A stretch of 64,000 nucleotides of DNA from Bilabrum cf. latius (GCA_965178125.1 OZ237762.1:620001-684000); one strand, 5' to 3'. Shown: positions 42,121-53,757, numbered from the stretch's first letter. Made by a program: numbers and translations. The notes: generated by a model not told the origin, from the sequence alone.

Positions 42121-42177
42121 GATGCCCCGTATCGTACCTTAAGGATTATTTTCGTATTCTATAGTACAACAACAAAA

Positions 42178-43839
42178 ATGTCATTCACTCTGCCGACTAA
42201 AGCGTATTCGTCAAAAAGCCTTATGGACCTATGTAATGCCGGAAAACAAGAGGAATGTATTCAATACCTTAAACAATACTTCTACCGCACCCACGAACAA
42301 GGTGGCGGGGTGTATTTTCTAATAGCATCTGAATTAAATCGGAATAACATAAGTGATGACGAACCCCAGAAACCAGTCTGGTAGTTCCTTACGAATAAAA
42401 ATATTACTGAAAATTACCTGATTGGGGGACACTGTATTTACGCGATTGTGGGCAACAAAAGAGTAAAGACTTGGTCAGCACGAGACTGGTTCTTAAATGA
42501 GAATACCGACGTATTTACGATTGTAAGAAAATTCAATTCACCTACCGTTGATTACGACAATCAAACAATTAACGTTATGGGTTCACCTATACTTACACGG
42601 GAAAACTGTGGAAACATAGAGGATTTAACCGAAGACGCAAAAGCAGGCGCGACTATGATTTACGAACATATCCAGAAGGTGTGGACTTCAGAAGACAAAG
42701 AATAGTGTGATTTTGTGATGAAGTGGTTGGCTCACGTTATTGTGGGCGGAAAGAAGTTGGGTACAGCACTATATTTGAAATCTCCACAAGGAACTGGTAA
42801 ATCGATGATTATTACCTTCCTTATGAGAAAACTACTCGGATATACCCTCACACTATAGACGCTTACACACAAGATGCTTCAACCCGACGCCTTCAACTCA
42901 ATTCTGGACGGGAAACTATTAGTCAATTTTAATGAAATTCCAAAAGCCTCGCCAACTATTTGGGACGCCATGTAGGCAACACTAAGAAATCTTATTACGG
43001 AAAAACACTTTTCCTGTAATGAGAAGTTTGTCAAATCCGAAAGTCGTCCGAATACATTCAATTTAATTATTGATACGAATGATAGTCCAATCAAAATCAC
43101 CGAGGAAATCCGTAGATATTGTGTTTTGGATGTGAATACATCTAAGAAAGGAGACAAAGAATACTTTACAACACTAAAACGTTTTACAGAAAATCCAGAA
43201 GTGGCTAAGGCATTTTATATGTTATTGGTTGAAATCTATGATACATCACCAGACTTTACAGGACAATTCGCACCAAAATCAAAGAATTTTTACAAAGGAA
43301 TTCTTGATGGCGCACATCCGGTTTTAAAAATTCTAAAAGAAGAGTGGCTGGACGAAGGCAGAGATTTTAAAATGACAGTCTTGGAATTCCGCAATTATCT
43401 AAAGCAGGAACTGAACGGTAGAGTGAAGAACCTTGGTACACCTATGATTAAAACACTATTGTCAGAGGTAGGTGTTCATTCAACGATGAACAAATAGAGA
43501 AAACAAGAATTTAATGTGAAACACGCAGACTTACTAAAAGGCTTCCAATCTAAATTTTAGGCACTTCGTCATTCTGCTGAGATGGAAAAAGCAAAATCCG
43601 AGGTAGATGTTCTTCGAGAATAGATTAGAGAACTACAGAAACAAGTCGCATAGCAGTAGGAAACGATTGAATAGTTGGAATTAGAAAAGGAGATTACACC
43701 GACGGAACAAGTCCATAAGAAAATCCAGAAACAGCTGAGTGTTGAGAATAGCATCGCTATTCAAAAATGGATAAAAGAGAACCCACCAAAGAACAAAAAA
43801 GGAAAACTTTCCAAATTCCTCTGTAAAATTGAGAAGTGA
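42178..43839 (+). CDS. SF3/D5-like helicase with a C-terminal coiled coil (553 aa)
   Basis: Walker A YLKSPQGTGKS, Walker B-like LVNFNE, motif C-like IIDTN and RRYCVL. Continuous frame through TAGs to TGA 43837-43839. Confidence 0.88.
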
Positions 43840-43896
43840 GTGAGTTCGTACCTTAAGAATAATTATCGTATTCTATAATATAATAGATACTATAGA

Positions 43897-45738
43897 ATGC
43901 CCGAAATCGATTTTACGGAACCCCAAAGAACCAAATTGCGTCTTAATGGGAAACCAATATGGAGTATGCGATTTGAGAGCGAGGACCTTATCACCGTAAA
44001 AAATGTCTTGGAATTTATTCGTGATTACGACGATGGTGGTGAAAATCCGTTTGATGACTTTAAATTTAAGGTGAATATCAATTACCAAGATACAGGTTGG
44101 CGAACACGAAGCACTTGGATTACTACAGATGATTTAGAAAATCAAGATAGTTTATGGGCGGGCTACGAAGACGACGATGACGACGAATATAGAAAATTGA
44201 ATTCTTTTGAACTACTGCTTATTAGAAAGCCAGAACCAGAAGGCGGTGCTGACGAACATAACGATTGTTTATATAACGCTATAAAACAGGCTTTTCCTTT
44301 TTCAGTTGGTCGTAAGGTAAATGTAAAGAACGCAAAAGGCAAATGGAAAACTACTATTAAAAGAATGTCATAGTCCGACCTGAAAGAATTCTTGAAAATT
44401 GGGCGTGATGACCCCGTTGATTACAGAAGAATACCAGAGATAGAAGACGAACTAGAAATACGTATTAACGTTGTGGGCGACTTTGAATACACATCTGGAA
44501 AAACTCATTTTGACCGTCTTCTAACTGTATCATTAACAAATGGGCATTACAAGTATGTTCCCCCCATTAGTTAGAAAGAATTATTTACACCGCCGTCTAA
44601 AGAACCGTGTACGCTAATTACCCGCTTGTATCAATCCGAGAATTCTTATTTACTATTTGATGGAGACCGTGAGTATCAATCAGAAGGCATTACATCAGTT
44701 TCCAAGGATAAATTCATCTTTGAAGTCAAGTCCAAGGAAGAACTAAGAACAAAACACGAAGAACGGATGAAAAATGTAAGGGCATTAGCGAAGGAGACGG
44801 GTGGATATATGGATTTATCACGATTTATGTTTAGAACATCCCTATTTGTAAAGTCGTATTTCAGTAAGTTTTCCAAACTTTACCCTGCCGACCCGATTGA
44901 CCAAGTTGAAGCACTATGGATTTCAAGAGCATCAGGTGGTGGATTGAATTGGGCAAACAAGAATACTACATTGAAAAACGCATACCAGTACGATATTAAC
45001 TCATTTTATCCAAGTATTATGAAGGGTACATTTACATTTCCGGTTAGAAGGGGTAAGTTCGTACAATTTAAAGTACCATCCAGTGGGTTCTATCCGTACG
45101 GCATTTTTAGGGTACATATTGAAAATCTCAATTCTAAATTAGTACAAAAAAGAAAAAACAATTATTATACCCAATATGACATTAACCGAGCGATTGAGAC
45201 GGGCGCTTAGGTGTCTCTGATTGAAGACGGTGAAGCCAACGCTTTACTTTACGATGAGACAACAAGGGTGAAGGCAAATGGACTGTTCAAAACGATGATT
45301 GAGCGATTGTACGGTTATAAAAAATAGGGATTGAAGTGTGCGAAGGAGATACTAAATAATATTTGGGGTTCTCTATGTTAGAAAAACACAATCACAAAAA
45401 CACTCCGAGATGGTGATTGTATGAATTTTAGACAATTAAAGAACGCGTATCCTAAAGCATCTGGACGACTTGTATCGGGTATACTATATGACGAAGAGTA
45501 CGATTACAAAACAGCCTACGCAAGAATGGGCCCCTTTCTGACTGGACTTGGACGAAGTAAATTGTCCAAAATGATTGAGCCATATCTTGAAAACATTCAC
45601 TATGTCAACACGGATGGTTTCATTAGTGAGAAAGAATTACCTCTAAAGTTATCAACGAACCTTGGGGGTATGAAGTTGGAGCAATCAGGTGAATGTCAAA
45701 TTATTCACAGTAAGAAGAAAATTTTTAGAAAAGATTGA
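43897..45738 (+). CDS. Protein-primed family B DNA polymerase (613 aa) with an N-terminal OTU-like module
   Basis: Polymerase motifs YDINSFYPSIM (A), KEILNNIWG (B), YVNTDGF (C) and HSKKK. NDCLYNAI...LTNGHY lies upstream. Confidence 0.92.
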
Positions 45739-45739
45739 A

Positions 45740-46012
45740 TTAAATAGTCTGCTTTTCCTTTAGTCTCTAAATTTCCTATCGCAAACTATCAAGTTCATCC
45801 ATAATATTAATTTGTTCCCTTTTTGTGTCTTCCTCTTTTTGAAGCCAATCAAGGTGTTTTTTGGTTCTACAATGATGTGATTTATTGTACTTCTTATATA
45901 CACCACCACAGGAACACTTTATCTATTCTCCAAGTTTTTCCTTGTTTTTCCGGTAGTATTCACGGGCATACAGCTTATCCTGTTCTTTTCTTTCTGAATG
46001 ACTGAGTGTCAT
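45740..46012 (-). CDS. Small zinc-finger protein (90 aa)
   Basis: With TAG=Q: YYRKNKEKLGEQIKCSCGGVYKKYNKSHHCRTKKH, a CxC...H...H motif typical of virophage and giant-virus Zn proteins. Confidence 0.75.
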
Positions 46013-46053
46013 TTTTGTATTCTATAGTATTATACTATAGAGTTAGATTTAAG

Positions 46054-46695
46054 TCATACATTCTACCAAGCAATTTTTAGAGCATCACTTTTCCCATATC
46101 CTCTACCTCTTAACTACTGAGCGATTTTCATTGCTAGTTTTGCTTTTGGGTTTTTCCGACGGCGCCTCCCTTTTCCAGTTTTTTGTGGTTTAAAACTCTA
46201 CTTCGCTCTTTCGTTCGAGCCCCAATCAGGCACTTCACCACCCATTCGCATTACTCTAGCCTATCTCGATGATAATAGTTCTTTCTAACTATTTCCCTTC
46301 TCTCTAGCATCAAAAAATTCACGCATAGTATCTCTCCGTTCTGACGCATATTTTCTATGAATTGCCTAATTAAAATCATCAAGTGTTGTGTCGTGTTGCT
46401 CGTGTAGTGATGGTGATAAGAATTTTAGTATACCCACGTCATAATCACCATCACTATCTTTGTCAATTCCTAGCGTATCAAATTCTTGTTCGGTCTTTTC
46501 GGCGAGCATTTCCATCATTTCCCTTTCCTAAGGGTTTACATATACACGATTAGCGTACTTTTCCCCTATACTCTAGTGCTTCCTCAATCCTTTCAAAATT
46601 GCTAGTGCTTGTCTAGCGTCTTTCCCCAAACTCTGATGTGGCTAACTAGCCAGTAAATGTAGTTGTTCTTCGGTATAATCATCAACACCCGCCAT
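46054..46695 (-). CDS. Virophage putative core protein with a basic C-terminus (213 aa)
   Basis: TATAGTAA-ATG start. Open under TAG=Q to a TGA stop. C-terminus GKGRRR...LRGRGYGKSDALKIAW. Confidence 0.7.
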
Positions 46696-46715
46696 TTACT
46701 ATACACAATCATAAA

Positions 46716-47972
46716 TTAATCATACGCAAACATTTTCCAAGCCTACTTAAGTGCTGTCTTCTTGGATATTCCTTTTCCTCTTAAAATGGACGCCATTTTC
46801 ATAACTCTTGAACGTTTTGTTTCACACTGACATTGACCTCCAAATATTTCCAGATACATACCCGATACTGGGTCATTCGTATGCGAATGGATTTCTTTCA
46901 TAATTGGTCTTCCAACTGTTTTAGTTGCTAAATCCCAACCTTCCTTAAAATCTTGTCCAAAATCCCTTTCTGTGTTCTACTTATGCTTTTCCTAATTTTT
47001 TCTTAAAGCGTTTCTTACATCTTCCGGTAAATCATCTAAGCCTCTCCCAAACCATTTGGAAAAATAACCAGCCACATCAGTAGCAGCATTAGCCACTCTC
47101 TTAGTAAATCCCGATACGTTCTTAGCAATACTCTCTACATCCTACATAATAAATTGGTTTAAGGGTGGTGTCAAAAACCCATTTGTGCGTAGAACATCCT
47201 AAATGAACTTTTGACAATTCAACGAGAAAGCACGATACTAATAAAAATTGTATTCTCCTATTTTCTGTAAAGTGGTTTCATATAATTCCCTTACTGTTTT
47301 CTAAGGTTTTCCATTAATATTTACTTCCATAGTTTGTGTTTTCTTGTTGGTGGAAAATCTTGAGGACAAATTAACCCTCTCATTCTTCTCAAGATAAATC
47401 TTTTTTCCACCTCCAAGGTTCAACTCTAAGGCTAAGTGAAAAAAATCATTATATCCGTGTTTATTTTTTAACTTTTTCATTTTTCCAAGGGTAATCCAGT
47501 TAAGCAACCGATTAATCGCGCCACTAATGGGGGTTCTAATTACTTTCATAGCTATAATTGTTCTATCCCCGTATTGCTGTAGTGTTCTCTGGACTTCGTT
47601 TGAATTCCCATACACTACTCCACCCTTAAGCTGTTGCGCCAGCTAACTGCGCCGAGAGGGGGTGCTTCGCAAACCATCTTTTAAATACTAATGAAGTGTG
47701 TTGGATTGTGTGGATTTCTTCTAGGATTTCTTTTTTGGTTTTCCTTTTGTTCCCACACCATCTTTAAGCTGTTGCGCCAGCTAACTGCGCCGAGAGGGGG
47801 TGCTTCGCACACCATCTTCAAACTTAATTGCTTTTTCAAGGGCTTCTTTAGAATAAGGATGTTCACTTTTCCATGTCCTTGTTGTTTTACTCTTTGGTTC
47901 TTTGACACTAATGTACGTCTTAACAAAACCAGAATTCATTTTTCCGCCACTAAGTGTATAAAAACTATCCAT
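46716..47972 (-). CDS. Virophage protein with a permuted papain-like (H...NC) domain (418 aa)
   Basis: Open under TAG=Q to a TAA stop. Motifs FFHLALEL...LEKNERVN...YRAFSLNCQKF. Confidence 0.72.
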
Positions 47973-47997
47973 TTAGTATAGGCTTGTATTAAAAAAC

Positions 47998-48615
47998 TCA
48001 TAGACGACTTCCAAGACCGAAGGTTTTCCGGACGAATTCCTCCAGTTGCTAAAAGGATGAATAGACACAGTACTAACTCTAATGTAATCCAGCGATTAAA
48101 TTCGTTCTTGAGCGTTCTACAGACAATAAGTCCCCCGATTTTTTCCCTTCACGGATTTCCTCAAAAAGACTGTGAGAAGGCACACACACAAAAATTGAAC
48201 TTTCCTTAAATAAATCTTTCGCTAATTCCAACGAACCAACCATAACAATTAAACGCCTGGATTTCTTTGTGAGCCAATCCGCTTTAATTTTTTCATACAC
48301 TAATCTTGACTAAGAGTAATAAAAGAGACGGTGGGTGCTTTCATCACCATCAATTAGCATTTTCTCCATTTTCTATTTTTCCTACCCTGAAATCTAACCA
48401 TTTACGCATTCATCTAAGTCAATGACCAAAGTGTCTTTATCAACACTTTCTATAGAGCGACACAAAGTAGTTTTCCCAGAGCCCTTAGGTATAACCACGC
48501 AGGATTTCTGTTTCTAAGTTCCGTCTTTCGTCCACCAAGAATATAGGCACTTGCTTCCTGTATAAGCTAAAGGGGCTAAAGTCCCAGCAACCATTACAGC
48601 AGTTGATACTGACAT
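47998..48615 (-). CDS. Small P-loop NTPase/kinase-like protein (205 aa)
   Basis: With TAG=Q: CVVIPKGSGKTTLCRSI...LVIDLDE. Has a hydrophobic N-terminus. Confidence 0.75.
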
Positions 48616-48670
48616 TGTTTTGATATACTATATACCAAGACAAATATTTATTGGTTTACCCTTTTCATAC

Positions 48671-50437
48671 TCAACCTTGGAGCATTGCGAGTAATTGGTT
48701 GCGAGATAAAGATTTCCCACCTGTTAAGCCCGAGCCTAACTTGGCACCTGTTAAGCCCTTGCCTTTCTTGGTAGTTTTTCGGGGTTTCCTTTGGCGACCC
48801 ATTCCAGCCATTTCACCCACCATTTTAGCGGTGTCAAATACCTACTTACCATCCTTTAATACTTTTTTGAGATTGCCTTTCTTTACCCAATCAGCGGTTT
48901 TGTGTGCGAACTTTTTTAAGGCGTGTCTAATCTTTTTACCAAGACCCCTACCGTGTAGTCCGCTTAATTGACTTTCATATACTACGGGTAATTTAGAGGC
49001 GGAAAGAACATCTGCCCGTGAGATGACACCCTGCTAATACTCAATCTTAGAACCATCAATCACATTCATTACTCCTTCGTACAATCCCACAACCACACAC
49101 TACACATTTTGGTAATCTACAACATCATTATTCTTCACTCGTAGGGTGATAGACAATTGGTTAGAGCCGTTGCTTCCATTTGTCTAATCTACATCTAGGC
49201 TCAAATCCTTGGCGGGGTCGATGGAGAGAATTGCGCCTGATAGCACCCTATCCCCGAATTTACGCATAGCCCATTCCGCGTATTGCTATTCAAGTCCATT
49301 GCTTCTGGATAAGTCCCATAGCTACTGAGGTGAAGCATCTGCGAGTAATCCACTTTGGTTATTCATCTCAATAGATATTCCCTCAATTCCAAGGAATGTG
49401 TTTCCCTAATCTACTGAGACGCTGGTAGGTGAGCGACGGGCAAACACAAATAGACGAGATGGAACTGAATTGCTAAGTTTAATATTGTTGTTCGTAAGAG
49501 TTGCTGTTGTTCCTGCGCTGATTGTTGCACCATAGCTTTGAGTATATGAAGTCATTTCAAAAATATCATAGGATACCTGTTTTGGAAGGACAAACCCTGT
49601 TTTAGGGGTAATCTATTCAAGGTATAAATAGGGGTTCTGGACATCTACCGACTAAACGGTAGCAGTTAAGTCCTATTGTGGAATACGAGACCACACGGTT
49701 CTACTCAGTTGCGACCAATTGATATCCAAGGAAAGAGTTTCTAAACCGAAAATGGCTGGTTGTTCCTATTTACTTTCGTAATGGAAAGGTGGGCAAAGAA
49801 CCGCCTCAGTACATTCAAAGACAAGAACACGATTTTGCGTTTGACCTGCGGGCACTGGAGTGTTATCCATTTGAACCAAGTTATAAAATCCACTTCCTCT
49901 TGCGGGTTGGTCCTAAAGCACGTCCTCATACGAAGCAAGAGCGTTATTTGTAGCCTAACTCATCATCGCGTATGAAGGCACATTGTCGCGTCTATACACA
50001 CTATCAAGGCAATTCACACGATGAACATCATCATCTAAACAATGGGACACTACGTCCATTATTTCCGCGTTATTCTAAGTAAAGCGAATGTTATTGATAC
50101 CAACTGTCTGTGTTGCAATGGAGCGATTAAGTGGATATGAGCGTGGAGCATCGTAATCTGGTGTAAATGGTACGAGAGCACCTGCGGTTTGATTATTCAC
50201 GGAAAAGGTGATAGAAAATCGGCATGAGACATAGGCGCGGCGGCACAAACCTACACCTGAAGGCATACTAATATTCCAATTCACACCTGAATTATAATTA
50301 CCGGCTGAACCAGATGGAGCGTATCTGCGAAACGTTCGGTTCTCATAACCTTCTTGAACTTCATAAGGCTTTGGTTGTACGTCTAATGTTGCGGGAGATA
50401 CTTTGACTGGCTGAAGGGCAAATGTATTCAATGACAT
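48671..50437 (-). CDS. Virophage major capsid protein (double jelly-roll, Sputnik-like; 588 aa)
   Basis: The N-terminus LQPVKVSPATLDVQPKPYEVQEG...VNWNISMPSGVGLCRRAYVSCRFSITF parallels the Sputnik-type MCP. The size fits, it has a Gly/Lys-rich C-terminal tail, and it lies next to the penton gene. Confidence 0.87.
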
Positions 50438-50515
50438 TTTTGTTTTCCTTGTATATTATATACAACGAATAAAATTCTATGGGGTTGCGTCTCCATCCGA
50501 CGAATTATCATTTAT

Positions 50516-51631
50516 TCAAAGTCCTTTCCGTTTCTTAAATAAAAACTTCACACTCACACTTCCGTGGCGTAAATAAAGAGGTCTTAGATTTGAATAATTA
50601 TCTTTCCAATAAAGATTAAACTAAATCCTATCTACTGAATGTGTATCTAAAAAATCAATTTCGTGGAGAATATGGGGCTGGTATTGAAGAACCTACTAAT
50701 TAACTGTTTCAGTGTCATCTAATACACAGTCCATATCCACTAATAAACTCTCGGTCCCTGAACCTGAATTCTAATCTGTATTTGTGGATTGTCCATAGGC
50801 GGATTTCTAGGATATTGCCTCACTCCTCACTGGAAGACTTGAAGATGTGAAAACTATTCCGCGAAAAATCTAAAACTACACTAAACTCCCTCGTTCCTAG
50901 GTCATCATTAATCTGTAGTCTCCCGTTGGGTTTCCCTCGAAGTATGCCTAAGGTTCATATTTTCCAACAGAAGAGCCATCATCGAATAAAACATTGGTTC
51001 CTAGGGTTTTGAATAGAATACTGGCGTATAAGTCGTCATCTTGGATATCCATTCGTTCCATAGGAAAACCCGTCATCAGTTCGTTAAGGGCTTCATTCAA
51101 CACTAATTTAAATTTTTGTCCTGAGTTTTCCTCGTCGTAATCGGGGTTTGCTACTAAACTGAACTTTCCATCTTTGAATAGTAAAACCGGAACTGATGTA
51201 ATATCCGCTGATAAAGCGTTCTATAGGGTTTCGTTGAATAAATCAACAAAATGCTACACGGAATACATATAATAATAAGGAACAAACTACATAGGATTGG
51301 AAAAAGATGGTTGGTTTTCCCCTGTTAACTAGGGTCTCCATATAATACTTTCCGTCCATAATTGTACTCCACTTTCATCTGTAATGCTAATTCTATACAC
51401 CGTTTGATTAGGATTTGAAGATGGATTTTTCACTTTATCGGTTTCTATGTGTGGAACCCATAAAGGTATTGAATTGGTGCTTATGGAAAACCGGAATACT
51501 GACATCGTATAATCACCAACATCCTTATCTAATAATGGCTACTTGCGGGTTTCGCTATAGGTCGCTGGTTGGAAAGTATCTTCGTTATTTCGTATGTTTG
51601 CGGTAATGTAAAATCGGTCTGGAGAACTCAT
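50516..51631 (-). CDS. Virophage minor capsid (penton) protein (371 aa)
   Basis: With TAG=Q: YSETRKQPLL...DYTMSVFRFSI...IPLWVP at the N-terminus and YWKDNYSNLRPL...SVKFLFKK at the C-terminus. Missing from the supplied ORF track. Confidence 0.87.
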
Positions 51632-51687
51632 TTTACTATAGACGTTTATAATTATGGGGTGGGTTTGATTACTTTTCTAAAGTATAA

Positions 51688-52179
51688 TTAAGATGGTGTA
51701 ATAAGTGAACCTGACACTAAGGATTTCCAACTAGATGTAGAAGAACTGCCAATCGCCACATAGACATCGTTGTCGCTTCCATTATACACTAAAGCGCCCT
51801 TGAACTTTCGCTCTGCTGACGTATTAATAGGGGTAGAAGCGTCAGCCAATGTAGCTCCAGCAACCTCACTCAGCCCAACAACACCCTCTTGAGAAGTCTT
51901 GAATGAACCAACTAGTGAAATATCGCATCTTTCTCCTTCTTCGCTCATACTGAACTGACAACCAGCAGACGCTCCATTTTTTCCAAACCGTAGAACAGTT
52001 TCACCCCACTCCATATAAGGCTCTCCGTCTTTGAATTCAATACTTGGATTGCCTATGACTGCTCCCGTAGAGTTAGTAATTGCGGACACTTTAATTGCGT
52101 CGCTACTCACAACATTACACGTAATAGTTTGAGACATAAGGTCTAGACTGTTCTTAGATAGAAGATTTGAAACTGACAT
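51688..52179 (-). CDS. Virophage hypothetical beta-rich protein (possible spike/fibre; 163 aa)
   Basis: Clean ORF ending in TAA, directly upstream of the penton gene. Confidence 0.7.
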   Translation of the reverse strand: MSVSNLLSKNSLDLMSQTITCNVVSSDAIKVSAITNSTGAVIGNPSIEFKDGEPYMEWGETVLRFGKNGASAGCQFSMSEEGERCDISLVGSFKTSQEGVVGLSEVAGATLADASTPINTSAERKFKGALVYNGSDNDVYVAIGSSSTSSWKSLVSGSLITPS

Positions 52180-52244
52180 TTTATAGTATATCCACAGAAA
52201 TAATTTTTATCAGGTTGCCAAAAGATGTAAATAAGAGGTTTTGG

Positions 52245-53426
52245 TCAATCTTTTCCTAAAAGATGTAATAGTTCCATAGCAACCTAATGATGAATATCTT
52301 TATCGGCTCCTTTTACTTTCTTGGCTACATTCATTGCTGTATCATAGATAATCCTTTTTCCACCTCGTAATCCTTTCCCCTTTTTTGGTTTTCCACTTTC
52401 TTCTACAGTCATTGCGCGTGATGGTGGGTCTTCTAAATCAGGCTACTAAATTCCATAGGGCGGACTAAACCCCGTAAATCGCTACACAGGTCTAGTAGCA
52501 CGTTTTCCAATTCCCTGCTCAATTTCTATCCTACTCGGCATATCATAGTACTCACCAGTTTCTGGGTCCCACGCCCCCGGAGTGCTTCCTTGCGGTAGTG
52601 GTCTTTCATTGCTCGCTGCGGCTAATATGGCATCTAAGTCTTTTGATGTTTTTGACGCATTACTACTTGAACCCTCTTGAAAATGCTAAAACATATTTGT
52701 CTGCCCCTGTGATGTTCTTTGTGAGAAATTCTTTCCCTATTCTAAATCCCACGCTATTCGTTGTTTTTCAGTTAAGGGTCTGTCTTGTTGTATTCTTTCT
52801 CTGGCTCTTTCCAATAACTATTTATACGCACCCGAAGACCTTTTTGGAAGCTGTACTTGTGTTGGAGCGGAAAACGTGTTTCTTCTTGTTGTTCGAGCAG
52901 GTGTTTGTAAAGATGTTGGCTACTAATCAATTCCCAACATTCCCTACGGTATTCGTTGTCCGGATGCCTCCTATATAACTTTCCCTAATTCTAAGAGTTG
53001 TTTTCTGTCTTCAGCTGGAACTCTCTGCAGTCCTTCGTAGCCTTTCCTTTGAAATCTCTCAATATTTACGTATTGACGGGCTAGTTGTTGCTTCATTTGT
53101 GGAGACATATTGATATTACCAACAAAATCCTTCAATGCTTTCACTGCTGGACTTACATTTTTACCCTCAATAATACCTTTCATTATACCAGATATTGACT
53201 TAGATATGATTTCCTCGTTGCTTTGGTCTGCCTATTTTCTCTACGCTGGAGTTCCATACCTTCCACTTTCTTTTAATCGTTCAATTTTTGCCCTTTTCCT
53301 TATAAAATCACTATATTCTGTTTCTAAATCTACGTCGTCCCTTGCCTGTAAATCTAACATTTTAGCATTGTCCAGTTCCCTTTCTAGGGCTTGCTGAATA
53401 AGAGCATTCACTTTAGCAGTTTTCAT
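52245..53426 (-). CDS. Virophage hypothetical or core protein (393 aa)
   Basis: TATAGTAA-ATG start. ORFs 53241-53426 and 52971-53183 are joined by TAG and continue to TGA 52245. GKGLRGG occurs near the C-terminus. Confidence 0.72.
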
Positions 53427-53491
53427 TTACTATAAGCTTTTATAAAAAGCTTGACCAAAAAATAAAAAATAAAGTGTTTGTGTATAGTATA

Positions 53492-53728
53492 ATGGATATT
53501 GATAAGTGGATTATATAGAGAACCAAACAACTCGCGCTATAGAAAGAACAAGACGCTTTAAATAGAGTTAAAAACCATCATATTAAAGTTGGAAAAGGTT
53601 TAAAGCCCAAACGAAAAGTTTCTGAGAAAATGAAACGTCGCAATAAACTTGTAAAAATGGTGATGTAGTAGACTGGTATGAGTTTACCTCAAGCAAGTCG
53701 GTATATACGAGAATAGAATATTATTTAA
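53492..53728 (+). CDS. Small basic core protein (pVII-like DNA-condensing motif; 78 aa)
   Basis: With TAG=Q: VGKGLK...RRNKLVKMVMQQTGMSLPQASRYIRE. TATAGTATA precedes the ATG. Confidence 0.72.
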
Positions 53729-53757
53729 AGAAACTTTTATAACAAGTTTGACCAAAA

